DNA from: Batkoa obscura
Lineage: Eukaryota
Assembly: GCA_030770535.1 (NCBI GenBank)
Contig: JASVEC010000019.1
Coordinates: forward strand, 496,001 to 560,000
Reading direction: 5' to 3'
DNA length: 64,000 bases
Shown: one piece after another, positions 24,636-37,003 of the stretch
Position numbering within the stretch: the first letter of the stretch is position 1
How the letters are laid out: each line of letters starts with the position of its first letter
Made by a program: the position numbers and the translations under genes
Notes under the pieces: generated by a model
Told to the model about the DNA's origin: nothing
What the model saw: the letters and a program-made list of their open reading frames with translations, nothing else
Databases searched by the model: none

Positions 24636-25544
24636 TCAATTAGATTGTTTCAATTTAATAAAGTAAGTTTTATCAAAGAAGGAAGAATCGCTATACCATT
24701 CTCCCACTTGATTAATTTCTTTTAAAAAGATGCTATTAGTTAAAAATAGTAGTGAATTAAAAAAACCTTGTAAACCAGAAAAAAAGGCGCCAATATCACC
24801 AATAGTAGAAACGGTCATCTTATTCAATTCAATTTTAAAGATAGCAAATATAAACACAACCATATAAAACACATAGCTAATTAAAGGTATTAATGGATAA
24901 ATGAATAGTCGTATAAAGGCTCTATATTGTATTGAAGAGCCATTACTTCCACTACCGATTCCTGATCGACTTAACATGCGCTTCTTTAATGCTAAATAGT
25001 AGATGATTACAATATAAATAATGGGACATATAAACACGGTAATAAAAGTAGCTCCAAACTTAGTAGCTAAAATCCAAACAACTCCATTGTTTTTCATATT
25101 AAAGCCACATCCATCTGCTGTCCTTATCCTATCAAAAGCTAGTGGCAATGTACTTAATATTATAGATAGTATTGGTGCTATACTGTACGTTAATACCCTC
25201 ATTGTTAAAGTTAATCTTAGTTCATATTTGATTGCTAATAAGAATATAATTGATATAGTAGCTGCATAAAACATTGATAAGGATATGGATAAAATTTCCA
25301 TCCATTGATAGATTTTACACGCTATTGGTGGCAAATCAATAAATATAAACCCTATTTGACATATTGAATATAATAAATCACTTATTAATATGAATACGGA
25401 AATTAAATAAGGTATATTATTGTTGACTCGATTGTTGATAAAAGATACAGTAATAAATAAAAGTAATGAATATAATGTTACTATTATGGATAGTGAGTTA
25501 GCATAGTATTGTAACATATACTCTGTAAATTGTGATCTAAACAT
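24636..25544 (-). CDS. 7TM GPCR-like receptor (cAMP-receptor/Git3-like)
   Basis: 302 aa, about seven hydrophobic segments, SDLLY in TM2, Cys before TM3 and in ECL2 (DGCGF), RLFIYPLIP in TM6, LQGFFNSLLF in TM7. Confidence 0.85.
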   Translation of the reverse strand: MFRSQFTEYMLQYYANSLSIIVTLYSLLLFITVSFINNRVNNNIPYLISVFILISDLLYSICQIGFIFIDLPPIACKIYQWMEILSISLSMFYAATISIIFLLAIKYELRLTLTMRVLTYSIAPILSIILSTLPLAFDRIRTADGCGFNMKNNGVVWILATKFGATFITVFICPIIYIVIIYYLALKKRMLSRSGIGSGSNGSSIQYRAFIRLFIYPLIPLISYVFYMVVFIFAIFKIELNKMTVSTIGDIGAFFSGLQGFFNSLLFLTNSIFLKEINQVGEWYSDSSFFDKTYFIKLKQSN

Positions 25545-26999
25545 TAGTGAAAATGGATTCTCAGTTTTTATTTATTTTTTATTTATAGTATAGTTCAATT
25601 AATAAATTGAAATTCTATAAAAGCTTAATTTAGTAATTGAATTTAACTAATTAATTGAATTCATTATTATCGTTGTTTCGCGAACATTTAAATTATATTT
25701 AGAAATAACATTTGAGATGTGTTTTTTGTTGAAGAATTTTACTAATAGCTTTCTACTCAAATAGTGCTTAAAAGATGGAAAAAGTGATGAAATAAAAAAA
25801 CACCCCCATTTGTATTATCAAACATTGATACATCCCATCATTATTACTATATAAGGTAATTTTAATTATTTAATATTATTAGTGTTATTAAAGTTATTAA
25901 GTTAAATGTTAAGCTTATAGTATTAAGGCTGTTATTTGTTAGTTCTTAATGATATTATAACATTGCTTGATTTTAAATTAAGAACTTAATTTATTCACTC
26001 TTATCATCTATAACTTATATTTTATTATTAAAATAATACCAACTCAATGTATTTTAAACCTATAAATACAAAAAAAGAAGTAATATACAAGCTAACTAAC
26101 TCCTTTTACTAATACAAAGAGTGTCATCTAATAGATCAACTTTTATTTATAAAAAGAGGGACTCAAATTGAAATAGTTTATTATTAATATTTAATACTAT
26201 TTTATAAAATAAAAACCTTAATTTTAAATCTTTCATTTCATTGGTTTGTTGAATTAAATTCTTCAATACCACGTTACTTTAAAATAATTCGATGTATATT
26301 TACTTTGTTTAGAATGTTGATATTACAATATAGAGCTGTAGTAAGATGTTGAATATTATTAATGTAGTTGAAGTTTTCTAATTACTTAAAAAAATAATAT
26401 TTTTTAAAGAATATTATTGATGTATCATCAGTTACTTGTTTTTTGGTCTTAAAGCTATTGCTTTAATTGAAGATAAACTGATTATTGAAATAGATCTTAT
26501 GAGTGTAATAATTCAACTCTACTCTACTCTACTTCAACCAGTTTCTCTATTCATTTTGAGTTAACTTTTTCTTGAAATATGAGCTTAAAAAGTTCAATAA
26601 ACTAATTTCAAGATGACATTTTGTTTTTTTTATTAAAATTAAAATAGAGCTAAGTTGAAATGCTTCAGAAGTGAGAACAGCTTAGATAATACTTATCACT
26701 ATAAAATCATCAACAAAAGAATAACTTGAATTTAAACTCCTATTAACATAAGCAACTAAAAAGCTACATTATACTCTGAATTTCATATTTAACTTATTTT
26801 TGTATTACTTTTAATTTGCTTTATAGCTTAGTTTTTGATCATTAATGTAAAATTTATTAAAAGTTTATAAAACTTAAAAGTATAATAATTTAGTATTAAA
26901 ACTATTACCTTGTTAAGCAGTCAAAAAGGCATTAAATTATACTCCTAAATTATTTTTTTAATAAAAATTACAAAAATTTATAGTGAACTTATAATATTT

Positions 27000-27098
27000 A
27001 GGGATGTATTTTTGTATTTAAGAATTTTACTAACAATTTTTTTACTCAAATAGCGCTTAAAAGATGGAAAAAATAATGAAACCAAAAAAAACATCCCC
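27000..27098 (+). mobile_element. ~99-bp MITE copy
   Basis: ATTT-AGGGATG...CATCCCC-ATTT. Confidence 0.88.
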
Positions 27099-27967
27099 AT
27101 TTTCTAATTTTAAAGAAAGATAATTAAGTAATTAAGTTATTTAATTAAATCTTTTTTAATAAAAGTAAATATCAACTAATTTTGCTTTATTATTAGCTTT
27201 ATATCATATTATCATTTAAATATTTAAATAAAATAATACTACACTTTTATAAAGTATTTCCTACTGATAAATAGATAACAAATGACATTTTAATTAGTGT
27301 TTGATAAGGTAAAATAAAAGAAATAATATATGAGGATTCATTTTTATATTTAAGAATTTTATTGGGAATCCTTCCACTCAAATAGCGCTTAAAAATGGAA
27401 AAAGTAATGAAACTAAAAAAACAAACCCCATGTTATTAAACTATTTAATATTAAATCAAATAATAAAAGTCCTTTTTGAAGGATTAGTTTTGTAATTTCT
27501 AATCATTTATACTTTGATAAGATAAATAAAAAAAGCGATTTAATTGTTTTAGACCTAAGAATATTAAAAAAATTTATAAAAACGGTTAATTATAAATTGA
27601 ATAAAAATAGTAATCAATCCCTTGCCAAACCTAAGATAAATAAAATACGAACTATTTTCATTACATAAATCATAGGCTTATTATCCAATTGATAATTCAA
27701 TATACTAGTAAATATTACTATTTATCTGTAATAACTAATTATCGCTTTTAATATAGACTGAAGATGCAAGCACAAGCTTAATAACTTGTTGTGTTTTATA
27801 GAATAAACAAGTAATCTAATTATAAAATATATCATTTTCTCATCTAAAGAATAACATAAATAAGAATCTAAATTTCAATAAGTTTCAATAAATTAGTATA
27901 AATTAATATAAAAATGAATTCAAATTGCATTGATTTCTATTTTAATTAAAATCAAAATTAAAGAAAA

Positions 27968-29374
27968 ATGAATTCAATTTATAATCTCCTTTTCTTTTTA
28001 TTTCCACTGTTCATTCATAGCAATTTCTTATATTTTAAATACAGAGATCCATCACCTACTCAATTAGCTCATAATAGTCGATTACTTAATTCAGTACAAC
28101 AATTATGGTTTAATCAATCTTTATCCCATAATAATTCTGAATTAGAATCTGGTTATTGGTCCCAACGTTATTTTATAAATGATCAATATTATCGTCCTGG
28201 AGGTCCAGCTTTCTTATTTATTGGTGCGGAAGGAGAATTATATGGGGATTATTGGACGACTAATTCAATCTTAACAACGGCAGCAGAACAACAAGGAGGT
28301 ATTATCTATGCATTAGAACATCGATTCTATGGTGAATCTTATCCAAAACAAGATTTATCTTTAAATAGTTTAAAATATCTAACATCTGAATTAGCTATTT
28401 TAGATATTGTTAATTTTGTTAAAGATATAAGTGAGAAAAATAAGAATACTCAATGGATTTTACATGGCGCTAGTTATGCAGGGAATTTAGCTGCTTGGGC
28501 AAAATACAAGTATCCAGATACATTTCATGGGGCTATTGCTTCATCAGCTGCATTAGAAGCTAAAATAGATTTCTTTGAATATGATTTAATGGTTCAAAAA
28601 GCATTATTAACTCACGGAGGACAATCATGTTTAAATTATCATTTAGAAAACTTTGAATTTATTAATAATATATTATTGAATGGAAGTATAGAAGAGAAGT
28701 ATGAATTGAAAAAGAGATTCACATGTGAAACTGTTAAAGATGATGAGTTTGGTTTAGCTTTTTTATATTTATCTGCTTTAGTTCAATATAATGAAAAAAA
28801 TAATTTAAAAAATTATTGTAATTCATTAATGTTAAATGGGACATCAAAAGAAAAGTTTGAAGATTTTATTAGAGATTTTAAACTCCGTTTAAATAACAAG
28901 AAATGCGGAGAGGACTTCAATTATTTAAAATACAGTTCAATTGAAAAACCGAATCGTGGAGATGCTTTTAGACAATGGATGTATCAATGTTGTACTGAAT
29001 TTGGATATTGGCAAACAGCCCCATTAAATCAATTACCAGTAAGATCGAAATTATTAACTATTAATTTTAATATGGAATTCTATTGTAAAAATACATTTGG
29101 AATTAATAATAATTTAATATTAAATGTAACAAAAACAAATTTAAATTATAACAGTAAAAATATTAAAGTTAATAATTTATTATTAGTTAATGGTCAATTA
29201 GATCCTTGGTCTTCATTATCTATTATTAATTCAACATATGATTCAATGAAAATTATTAATGTTATTAATGGCTCACATTCAATGGATATCTATAAACCAG
29301 ATAGTAATGATCAATTAGAAGTAGTAGATGCTAAACAAAAAATATTACAATTTATTAATCAAATTTTGAAATAA
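27968..29374 (+). CDS. Secreted serine peptidase, family S28 (paralog of 8519-9958)
   Basis: Signal peptide; LEHRFYGES, GASYAG, RQWMYQCCTEFG, NGQLDPW, GSHSMD. Confidence 0.95.
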   Translation: MNSIYNLLFFLFPLFIHSNFLYFKYRDPSPTQLAHNSRLLNSVQQLWFNQSLSHNNSELESGYWSQRYFINDQYYRPGGPAFLFIGAEGELYGDYWTTNSILTTAAEQQGGIIYALEHRFYGESYPKQDLSLNSLKYLTSELAILDIVNFVKDISEKNKNTQWILHGASYAGNLAAWAKYKYPDTFHGAIASSAALEAKIDFFEYDLMVQKALLTHGGQSCLNYHLENFEFINNILLNGSIEEKYELKKRFTCETVKDDEFGLAFLYLSALVQYNEKNNLKNYCNSLMLNGTSKEKFEDFIRDFKLRLNNKKCGEDFNYLKYSSIEKPNRGDAFRQWMYQCCTEFGYWQTAPLNQLPVRSKLLTINFNMEFYCKNTFGINNNLILNVTKTNLNYNSKNIKVNNLLLVNGQLDPWSSLSIINSTYDSMKIINVINGSHSMDIYKPDSNDQLEVVDAKQKILQFINQILK

Positions 29375-29465
29375 ATTTTTTAATTTTTATTATTAATTTT
29401 GATTTTCTTTAATAAAGTTAATAAACTATTTTAAATATTCAAATATTTATAGTTAATTAAAATAT

Positions 29466-29564
29466 GGGGATGTATTTTTGTGTTTAAGAATTTTACTAGC
29501 AAATTTTCCGCTTAAATAGTGCTTAAAAAATGGAAAAAGTAATGAAGTTAAAAAAAACACTCCC
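29466..29564 (+). mobile_element. ~99-bp MITE copy
   Basis: ATAT-GGGGATG...CACTCCC-ATAT. Confidence 0.88.
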
Positions 29565-30244
29565 ATATTTTGATTATTTACAGAGTAATAGCAATAAATC
29601 AATCTTATATTAATAAAACCTCTGCTTTTTAACATTTAAAATAGTATAGTAAAAAACTATTAATGATCATCCTTTTTAAATTCACAGCAAAATTATTTGC
29701 TAAATTTGAACATAGATACTAATAATTTTTTTACTTAAATAGTGCTTAAAAGATAGAAAAAGTCATGAAGCCAAAAAAACACCCCCATATTTATTTTTAG
29801 CATCTTCAATATTTCAATATATAACCTTTTTTTTTGATTTTATAGATATTACATTATATTTATTAATAATAAAAATCAGAAAATTCACTCTAATTTTTAA
29901 TTAATAACAATATAAGGTTTAATTTAATGTTTAAAGTCAGTGATAGCAAATTTTAATTACATTGCATTAGCTATATTAATAGCTAGCTAGTTATTAATAA
30001 AAATTAAATGATTATAGATAGAATATAAACAATATAAGCAATAAAGAAAGTAAGTCACATTGGATTTGTAAGTAACGTATATAATATAATATAATTTTAT
30101 AAGATAATAAAATCTTTAATATTTATATTTTAATGATATTATAATTTATAATAAAACTTTAATTAAAGTTGATAGTATAAATGTATTAATCTAATATTAA
30201 TAAAGTAGTTTGTTTAAAACTTAAACACAAAAGCACATCCTCAT

Positions 30245-31323
30245 ATTCTTATTATCTTGGTAAAAAAAGTGATACAATTATTAACTTTCATTAGCCTAAA
30301 AATAAAGGATCATTCGTTAGTTATTATAATATTAGTAAATTAAATAATGATCATAGTATGATAGCAGATGCTATATATTAGTATACTTTCAATATACAAA
30401 ATGGTTTGAATTTAAACCAATTTTATATTGGTGGTATATATGATAATGAGAGAGACTTTAAAACATCACTTTTAACATCATATAAGATTGAAACAAACGA
30501 ATTAAAGACATTATTTAATACTTGAGTAGTTACTAGGGGCGAAATGTCCACATTAAACGATAAGATTAATTATTTTGAATCAAAGAGTGAGTTTAGTTAT
30601 CAATCACGAATAAAATTTCACCAGCCATATGGATATAATTTATTAAATGGTATATTAACTATTAATAAATTTAACAATTCAAGAAAGAATGAAACAATTA
30701 AAATAGTAAAAGTGGAAAATTCTATTTATTTCAATCTACAGTTGCTGTAAATTTAGGCCCTTATAAATTAAATACCAGTTCCCTTAATCTCGAAGAAGCA
30801 AACTTTACTTTCAGTTTAGATTTTGGTTGTATGGCGTATTATAATTAATAGCTTAACTTTTTTACTCAATTGCTCGGATTTGTTGACAGTGATAGAATTT
30901 AATCAATTGATACTAATACTTGGTGTATTGTCGTTAATTTATTATTTTTTGTTATTGTAGAACTGGTAAAGTATGTACTATATTACAATAATAAGAAATA
31001 ATACTAAGGATAGTAGCAATGCTAATAAATCAATGGAATTTAGTCTAGGCGGCTCTACAGGTGTAGCTTTTCTAATACTTTTGATCTTATCAATCTATTA
31101 TAAACAAAGAACAAAGAGGAATCGACCATTTGAATGAGTAATGTATCCAATTATAACTAAATCTACTGATATGTTTAATCCATATAATAACGAAAAATCA
31201 GTTGCATTCCGATATTCTCATGATTTTAATGAAGATTTGGTTCAATCATTTGAAAAGATATACTCTAAAAAAATAACTGATATGAAGATTGTAATCGAAG
31301 GTAATAGAGAGTTACCAAACTAA
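30245..31323 (+). pseudogene. Degraded kelch-like single-pass membrane protein gene
   Basis: Fragments FYIGGIYD, LNDKINYFE, GCMAYYN and DTNTW (compare GCLAYYN and NTGTW in 40395-41519), TM segment GGSTGVAFLILLILSIYYKQRTKR and a tail; many stops. 5' boundary approximate. Confidence 0.65.
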
Positions 31324-33025
31324 AATTAATAGCACTAGATTTATTTCGTTCTCTGTATATATCTTATTATCTCTTTTATTTACTCTTTGTATTTACCTTC
31401 AAAACTAAAATGATGAACCATTTAAGACTTGCCCTATTTTGAGATTTTTTTAAAACTAATGATAGCTTAGTATTTTATTCTGCTTTTAAATAATATATAT
31501 AAAATAACTTTATACCATATTATTTCATCCAAGATTCCTACTATGCCTGTAGTTTTGCTTTTAACATTAAATTTGATTGTCCTCTATCATGGTCATTGTC
31601 TTTTGATTTTACTCTTATTTTAATTATTGAGTTAGACAACTTTAATAAACTTTTTATAGCTTTATATACTGTGTAAATTATTCAAAGGATCTTCAATAAG
31701 CTCTTTTGTTACTTTATCTCTTTATCACCATCTAAGTAAGTTCTAGTCTTTGGATGGAAAAAGCTACCATAGGAAAAACTTTTTTCATTCGTAACCAAAT
31801 CAATTCCTTTAATAATCAATTCTCTTCGTTTTAGCCGCTTAACTGGGAAAAAACAGTTACTTTACCAGCTTCCAATAGGTATAGGGCTCCTGATTGATTT
31901 TTCTTTTATATGGTTATTTCGTTCCCGTCTTTGGTTTTTTTGAATAAACTAAATCTTCAATAGGGAGGAGTAATCTAAGAAAAGGTTGATAACTAAATTT
32001 AATCAATAGAATCATCTCACTAAATACTATATAAAATAAGATTAAATGCTAATTTAAAATAACAAACTACAAAAACTTCATAAAGCAAAGGAATCAATTT
32101 AATAGTATCTAATTCAAAACTCCGTTATCAGAAAAATAATTCACAAGTGCTGTAATTAGCACTGACTTATATAACTTTGACTTCTAAATTGCATGTATCA
32201 TGTTATCTTTTATACCTAAATCGCGTGTAAAGGGAATCACTGCAGTCAAAAAACATACTAAAGCTGTTGAACGTATAACAGATGGCAATAAGTGGGTAGA
32301 TAGTACTTTTTTTGGTAAAGTATTGCTTTTTATCAGACAAATTTTAGGTTAAATTTAATTGAATATAAATACTACCCCTAACCCTAAACTCCCTAGTTTA
32401 ACCTTATTAAAAGTATACAACAGCTATGTTTCTATTCTAGATATTAGTTTTTTTATTTAGAATAAAATTCTGCCCAAAATAGGAATTCTTTGCAGTAAAA
32501 AAAAACTACTTACTTAGTCAGTACCCCCTACCAAACGGATCTCTATAACCCCAGACCTTTTTTTGGAGAAGACATATATATTAATAATCTTACACTACTC
32601 CATTGATTAGGTTTAGGCGAATAAATGGTTATAGTTTCTAGCTTATTAGATAATAGAAGGAACACAAATACTAAAGCAGTTTTTGACATCGGTGCTTCTA
32701 GATATTACAATGCTCAATGACAATGTTAAGTTGGATTTATTCATGGTGGTAAATTACAATTTTTTAGAAACTAGCTACAAATTAAGTAGGTGTTTTTTTA
32801 GTTAAATAGTAAAGTTTCTGGTTTAGATATTATAATGAAGACTATAAAGCATAGAAGCTCGCTTATTTAAATGATCTATTGTTATTAAATAGTAATATTT
32901 ATCTATTATAAGCAATAAAAAACACAAATTTTGATATAAAAAGACAAAAAATATTATTTTTTCAAATATCCTATTTATTTACAAATGAATATCCAGGTAA
33001 TAGTAGTCAAGATTTGACTTCATGT

Positions 33026-33151
33026 TTAAGGCCAGTGACGACGGATTTCAATTGCTTTGGGTTTATCAGCAGCTGGTTGGTTATTAGTAGGAACTGAAGT
33101 GATTACAGACATAATGTAAACAGTGTAAGCGATAAGGAAAGTAAGTTGCAT
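33026..33151 (-). CDS. HWP-family precursor 3a: MQLTFLIAYTVYIMSVITSVPTNNQPAADKPKAIEIRRHWP
   Basis: 41-aa ORF on the minus strand with TATAAATA upstream; first of three identical copies. Confidence 0.88.
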   Translation of the reverse strand: MQLTFLIAYTVYIMSVITSVPTNNQPAADKPKAIEIRRHWP

Positions 33152-34913
33152 TTTGTATATAGTAATTTGTATCTAGTGTAATATAATTATATAGTATGAT
33201 AAAACCACCACTATTTATACTTCTTGTTAATAGTATGTAATGATATTATAAACGTTAAATGAGTTGATAACACGGATGTATTATTTTAAGGTTAATGGAC
33301 CGGTTTGTTTATAACTTAAATGTATAGGTAACACATGGTAAGTTATAGCACATTATCAACGATCAAGTAGTTTAATCGATTATTTATGTTTATACTTAAT
33401 AATTATCAAAATAAAATAGTTATTTTTTATCCACATTTTTATACACCCTTTCCATAAATACATTGTAAATTTAGAGCTTATTTATTTTTCAATATTTCAT
33501 TGCAGTCTTTTTTACTAATAAGTAGAAAATACTAGCATCTTAGAGTGCTTTTATTTATTATTCAACTGCATGTTATTATTATGTTGAAATGATACAAATG
33601 GTTACACAAATTTATAACTTATTTAAGTATCAGTAATTTATTGTATTAGATTATAAGTTAAATGACAATTGGTTGTATATAGTCTGTTATTTCTTTGATA
33701 CTATCATAAGATTTACAAATTTATTCAAGTTTCGGTCACACTTATATAAAAAATTACCTAATAGTTATACAAGTATTAAAAGCCAAAGACTCTTAGTTCT
33801 ATTTTTTAAAAAGTAAGACTAAATGAGTTCAAAATATCTAGTAAAATTAATGTGTAATTTACCAAATCAGGTTTTCAACAAAATTGAATCCCTTTAAAAT
33901 TTAACTCTATTTAGAATTTAACTTTCATAACTGAATTCGTCAAATAAATTTACTAAACTCAATCATACCACACATGCTTAAAATCAATGAAATACATTTG
34001 ATATTTTCATAAACAAGTTATAAAATATATAAAAAAAAGCTAAGGTTTTAATAATAAAATCGTGGAGTACAAAGCTTTATTACAATTAGAAACCAAGCCA
34101 ATAAAGTAGCTGACAATACCCCAGTAACAAAATGTTAATATTAGACGATGCTTAATAACATTTGTAAATAATATTTAAAGTAATAACTAACTAAATTAGT
34201 TATGTAAATTAACCATAGTTAGTTTCATATTAAGTAAAACCAAAAACAGCTGATTTGAAATCCATTTATCTCAAATATTCTCCATTGCAAAACGTCCATC
34301 ACACCTTAACCTCCTTATAAATAATTCATACTAGATTTAAAAATGTATTCAGAATTAGCCCTATTAAAGTTAACTCTATAATTTATATTTATTCATTAGT
34401 AGATACTCTATTCTATTGATATAATCTGCTCTTTACAGATTAGAGTATGGCTTTTTGGAATGAACTAGATACAACAGTAGTTCAGTTACTTCAAAAATGA
34501 ATTTTTATTATATCGAAGATTTAAATTAATGATAAATAATCCATAGAAATTAGCAATGATAACTTCATGTAAAATTCTTAGTCCTTTAAATCACTTGAGC
34601 CTTTATATAACTTACAGAGAACATCAATTACATTAGCATAGAGTAGCTTTTGATGTTATTTTCCAAAAGCATGTTTTTGTTTCAATAATTTACTAATGTG
34701 TTTTCTAATTTTAGGCTACATAAGTAATAGACAAAATAATAAAAAAGATAATTGCTTATTTAAATGTTGTATTGGTATTAAAAAAAATTCAATTTACTAT
34801 CAATGATAACAAAGAGAAATCATAATATGAAAATTTTTGATATATATATGACATTATTATGTTTATTTATAAATAAATATCCAGGTAATAGTAGTCAAGA
34901 TTTGACTTCATGT

Positions 34914-35039
34914 TTAAGGCCAGTGACGACGGATTTCAATTGCTTTGGGTTTATCAGCAGCTGGTTGGTTATTAGTAGGAACTGAAGTGATTACAGACAT
35001 AATGTAAACAGTGTAAGCGATAAGGAAAGTAAGTTGCAT
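34914..35039 (-). CDS. HWP-family precursor 3b (identical to 3a)
   Basis: Identical ORF 1888 bp from 3a. Confidence 0.88.
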   Translation of the reverse strand: MQLTFLIAYTVYIMSVITSVPTNNQPAADKPKAIEIRRHWP

Positions 35040-36877
35040 TTTGTATATAGTAATTTGTATCTAGTGTAATATAATTATATAGTATGATAAAACCACCACT
35101 ATTTATACTTCTTGTTAATAGTATGTAATGATATTATAAACGTTAAATGAGTTGATAACACGGATGTATTATTTTAAGGTTAATGGACCGGTTTGTTTAT
35201 AACTTAAATGTATAGGTAACACATGGTGTATTATAATATATTACCGTTAATTGAGTAATGTATTTGCAGTGTTTTTACATTACAACACTTTTGTTACTTA
35301 TTCTTGATTTAAACATTTTACGATTGTATTTAATAATTGCCTAAAAATAAGAGTTTTCATTTTATACTTTTATAAACCTTACTAATATTTAAAGCAAAAT
35401 ACCAGAGTCTATCTAATTTTGAATATTTTATCACAACGATAATAACTAATAAGAATGAAATGATTTTTTTTGTAACTTACTATTTTTTATAAGATATCAT
35501 AAACAGTTATAGAATGTTATAACTAGTTCAAGTATCGGTAGTATTATTTCTTTGAGCTATGAGCCATGTAATATTCAATTCCTTATGAATCATTATTACT
35601 TTAGTGTCACTGTGTTTTCATCACTTTATTTCAGTTTTGAGTCAATTGATCGTAAAATCCTTTAGTATCAGATATATTAAATTGAAAAACTTATTAATGG
35701 TTTCTAAAAGAAACTAAAAACTAATACTACAAAAAAAATTATGCGTAATTTACCAAATTGGGTTTTCAATAGATTCGAATCCCTTTAAAATTTAACTCAT
35801 TTCGGAATTTAAATTTCATAAATGAATTCGTCATGTAAATTTACTAACTTTAGTTTTACTACACACTTAACAAATATTATACATTTGATAATCAGTAAAG
35901 TATGGGACAGTACAATAAAATCAATGGTTTATATTCATGGGGTAAAAATGTTTATTTGTGGCTATAAATTTAGTTAATAAAGTAACTGGTGATAGCCCAA
36001 CATTAAAATAACTACTGATTAGATATTTCAATAATATTTTCATTATAAATATTGTTAAACGTTGTTCAAATGATAGTTGTTAAATTGATTATTTAACTCA
36101 ATCAAAGCTAATTTTTTATGAAATAAAACAGAAATGATGGATATGAAATACACTCATCCCAAATATTCTTGATTGAAAATCGTTTATCAATTTTTACCCC
36201 TTATTGATAGCCTCAACTACATTTAAAAATATCTTCGAAATTGATCTTATTAGAGTTAATTTTATGATTAATATTTCTTTATCACTCAGCACTCTATTTT
36301 AGGAATACAAATAATGAGTTATGAGTTAAAGTACCTGGTTTAATAGATACCTAATTCGAATAATAGTGCAATTTCATCAAAGCTAATTTCATGTTTTTTA
36401 AATGTTAAAAATTAAGTAAAAAGTTGGTTTTTTCAAGTCATTATAGAAGCTAAATATTGAACTACTTTATAAAGTAATGTATAATAATTAAGATTTGCGA
36501 GAGTGAATTTATATAAAATTTAAAGCTAAGACTTTTGTTTATCACAAATTCTTGAGCTTTAGGTACTAAATTCATATATACAATATATGAAATCTTTTAA
36601 TTGTTTTAATATAAGACAGTTTTTAAGATTGTTTGTAATATGGGAATGCATATTTAATTATATGTTTTACAAACGTTTTCTAAACTTTATTCTGTTTAAA
36701 AAGAAAGAAAGAAAGAAATAAAATGTCTTTTTTTAAATAATAGATGACTATTTTTCTAACATTGATAGTAAATATAAATCGTTTTATAAAATTTTAAAAG
36801 CAAGTATATATATGATATTATTATGTTTATTTATAAATAAATATCCAGGTAATAGTAGTCAAGATTTGACTTCATGT

Positions 36878-37003
36878 TTAAGGCCAGTGACGACGGATTT
36901 CAATTGCTTTGGGTTTATCAGCAGCTGGTTGGTTATTAGTAGGAACTGAAGTGATTACAGACATAATGTAAACAGTGTAAGCGATAAGGAAAGTAAGTTG
37001 CAT
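36878..37003 (-). CDS. HWP-family precursor 3c (identical to 3a)
   Basis: Identical ORF 1964 bp from 3b. Confidence 0.88.
   Translation of the reverse strand: MQLTFLIAYTVYIMSVITSVPTNNQPAADKPKAIEIRRHWP

Noticed and set aside
32375..32397. CCCTAACCCTAA telomere-like sequence
   Set aside because: Only two units; compatible with chance.
34803..34985. 60-aa plus-strand ORF
   Set aside because: Antisense to HWP precursor 3b; its 5' part is not conserved in the other two units.
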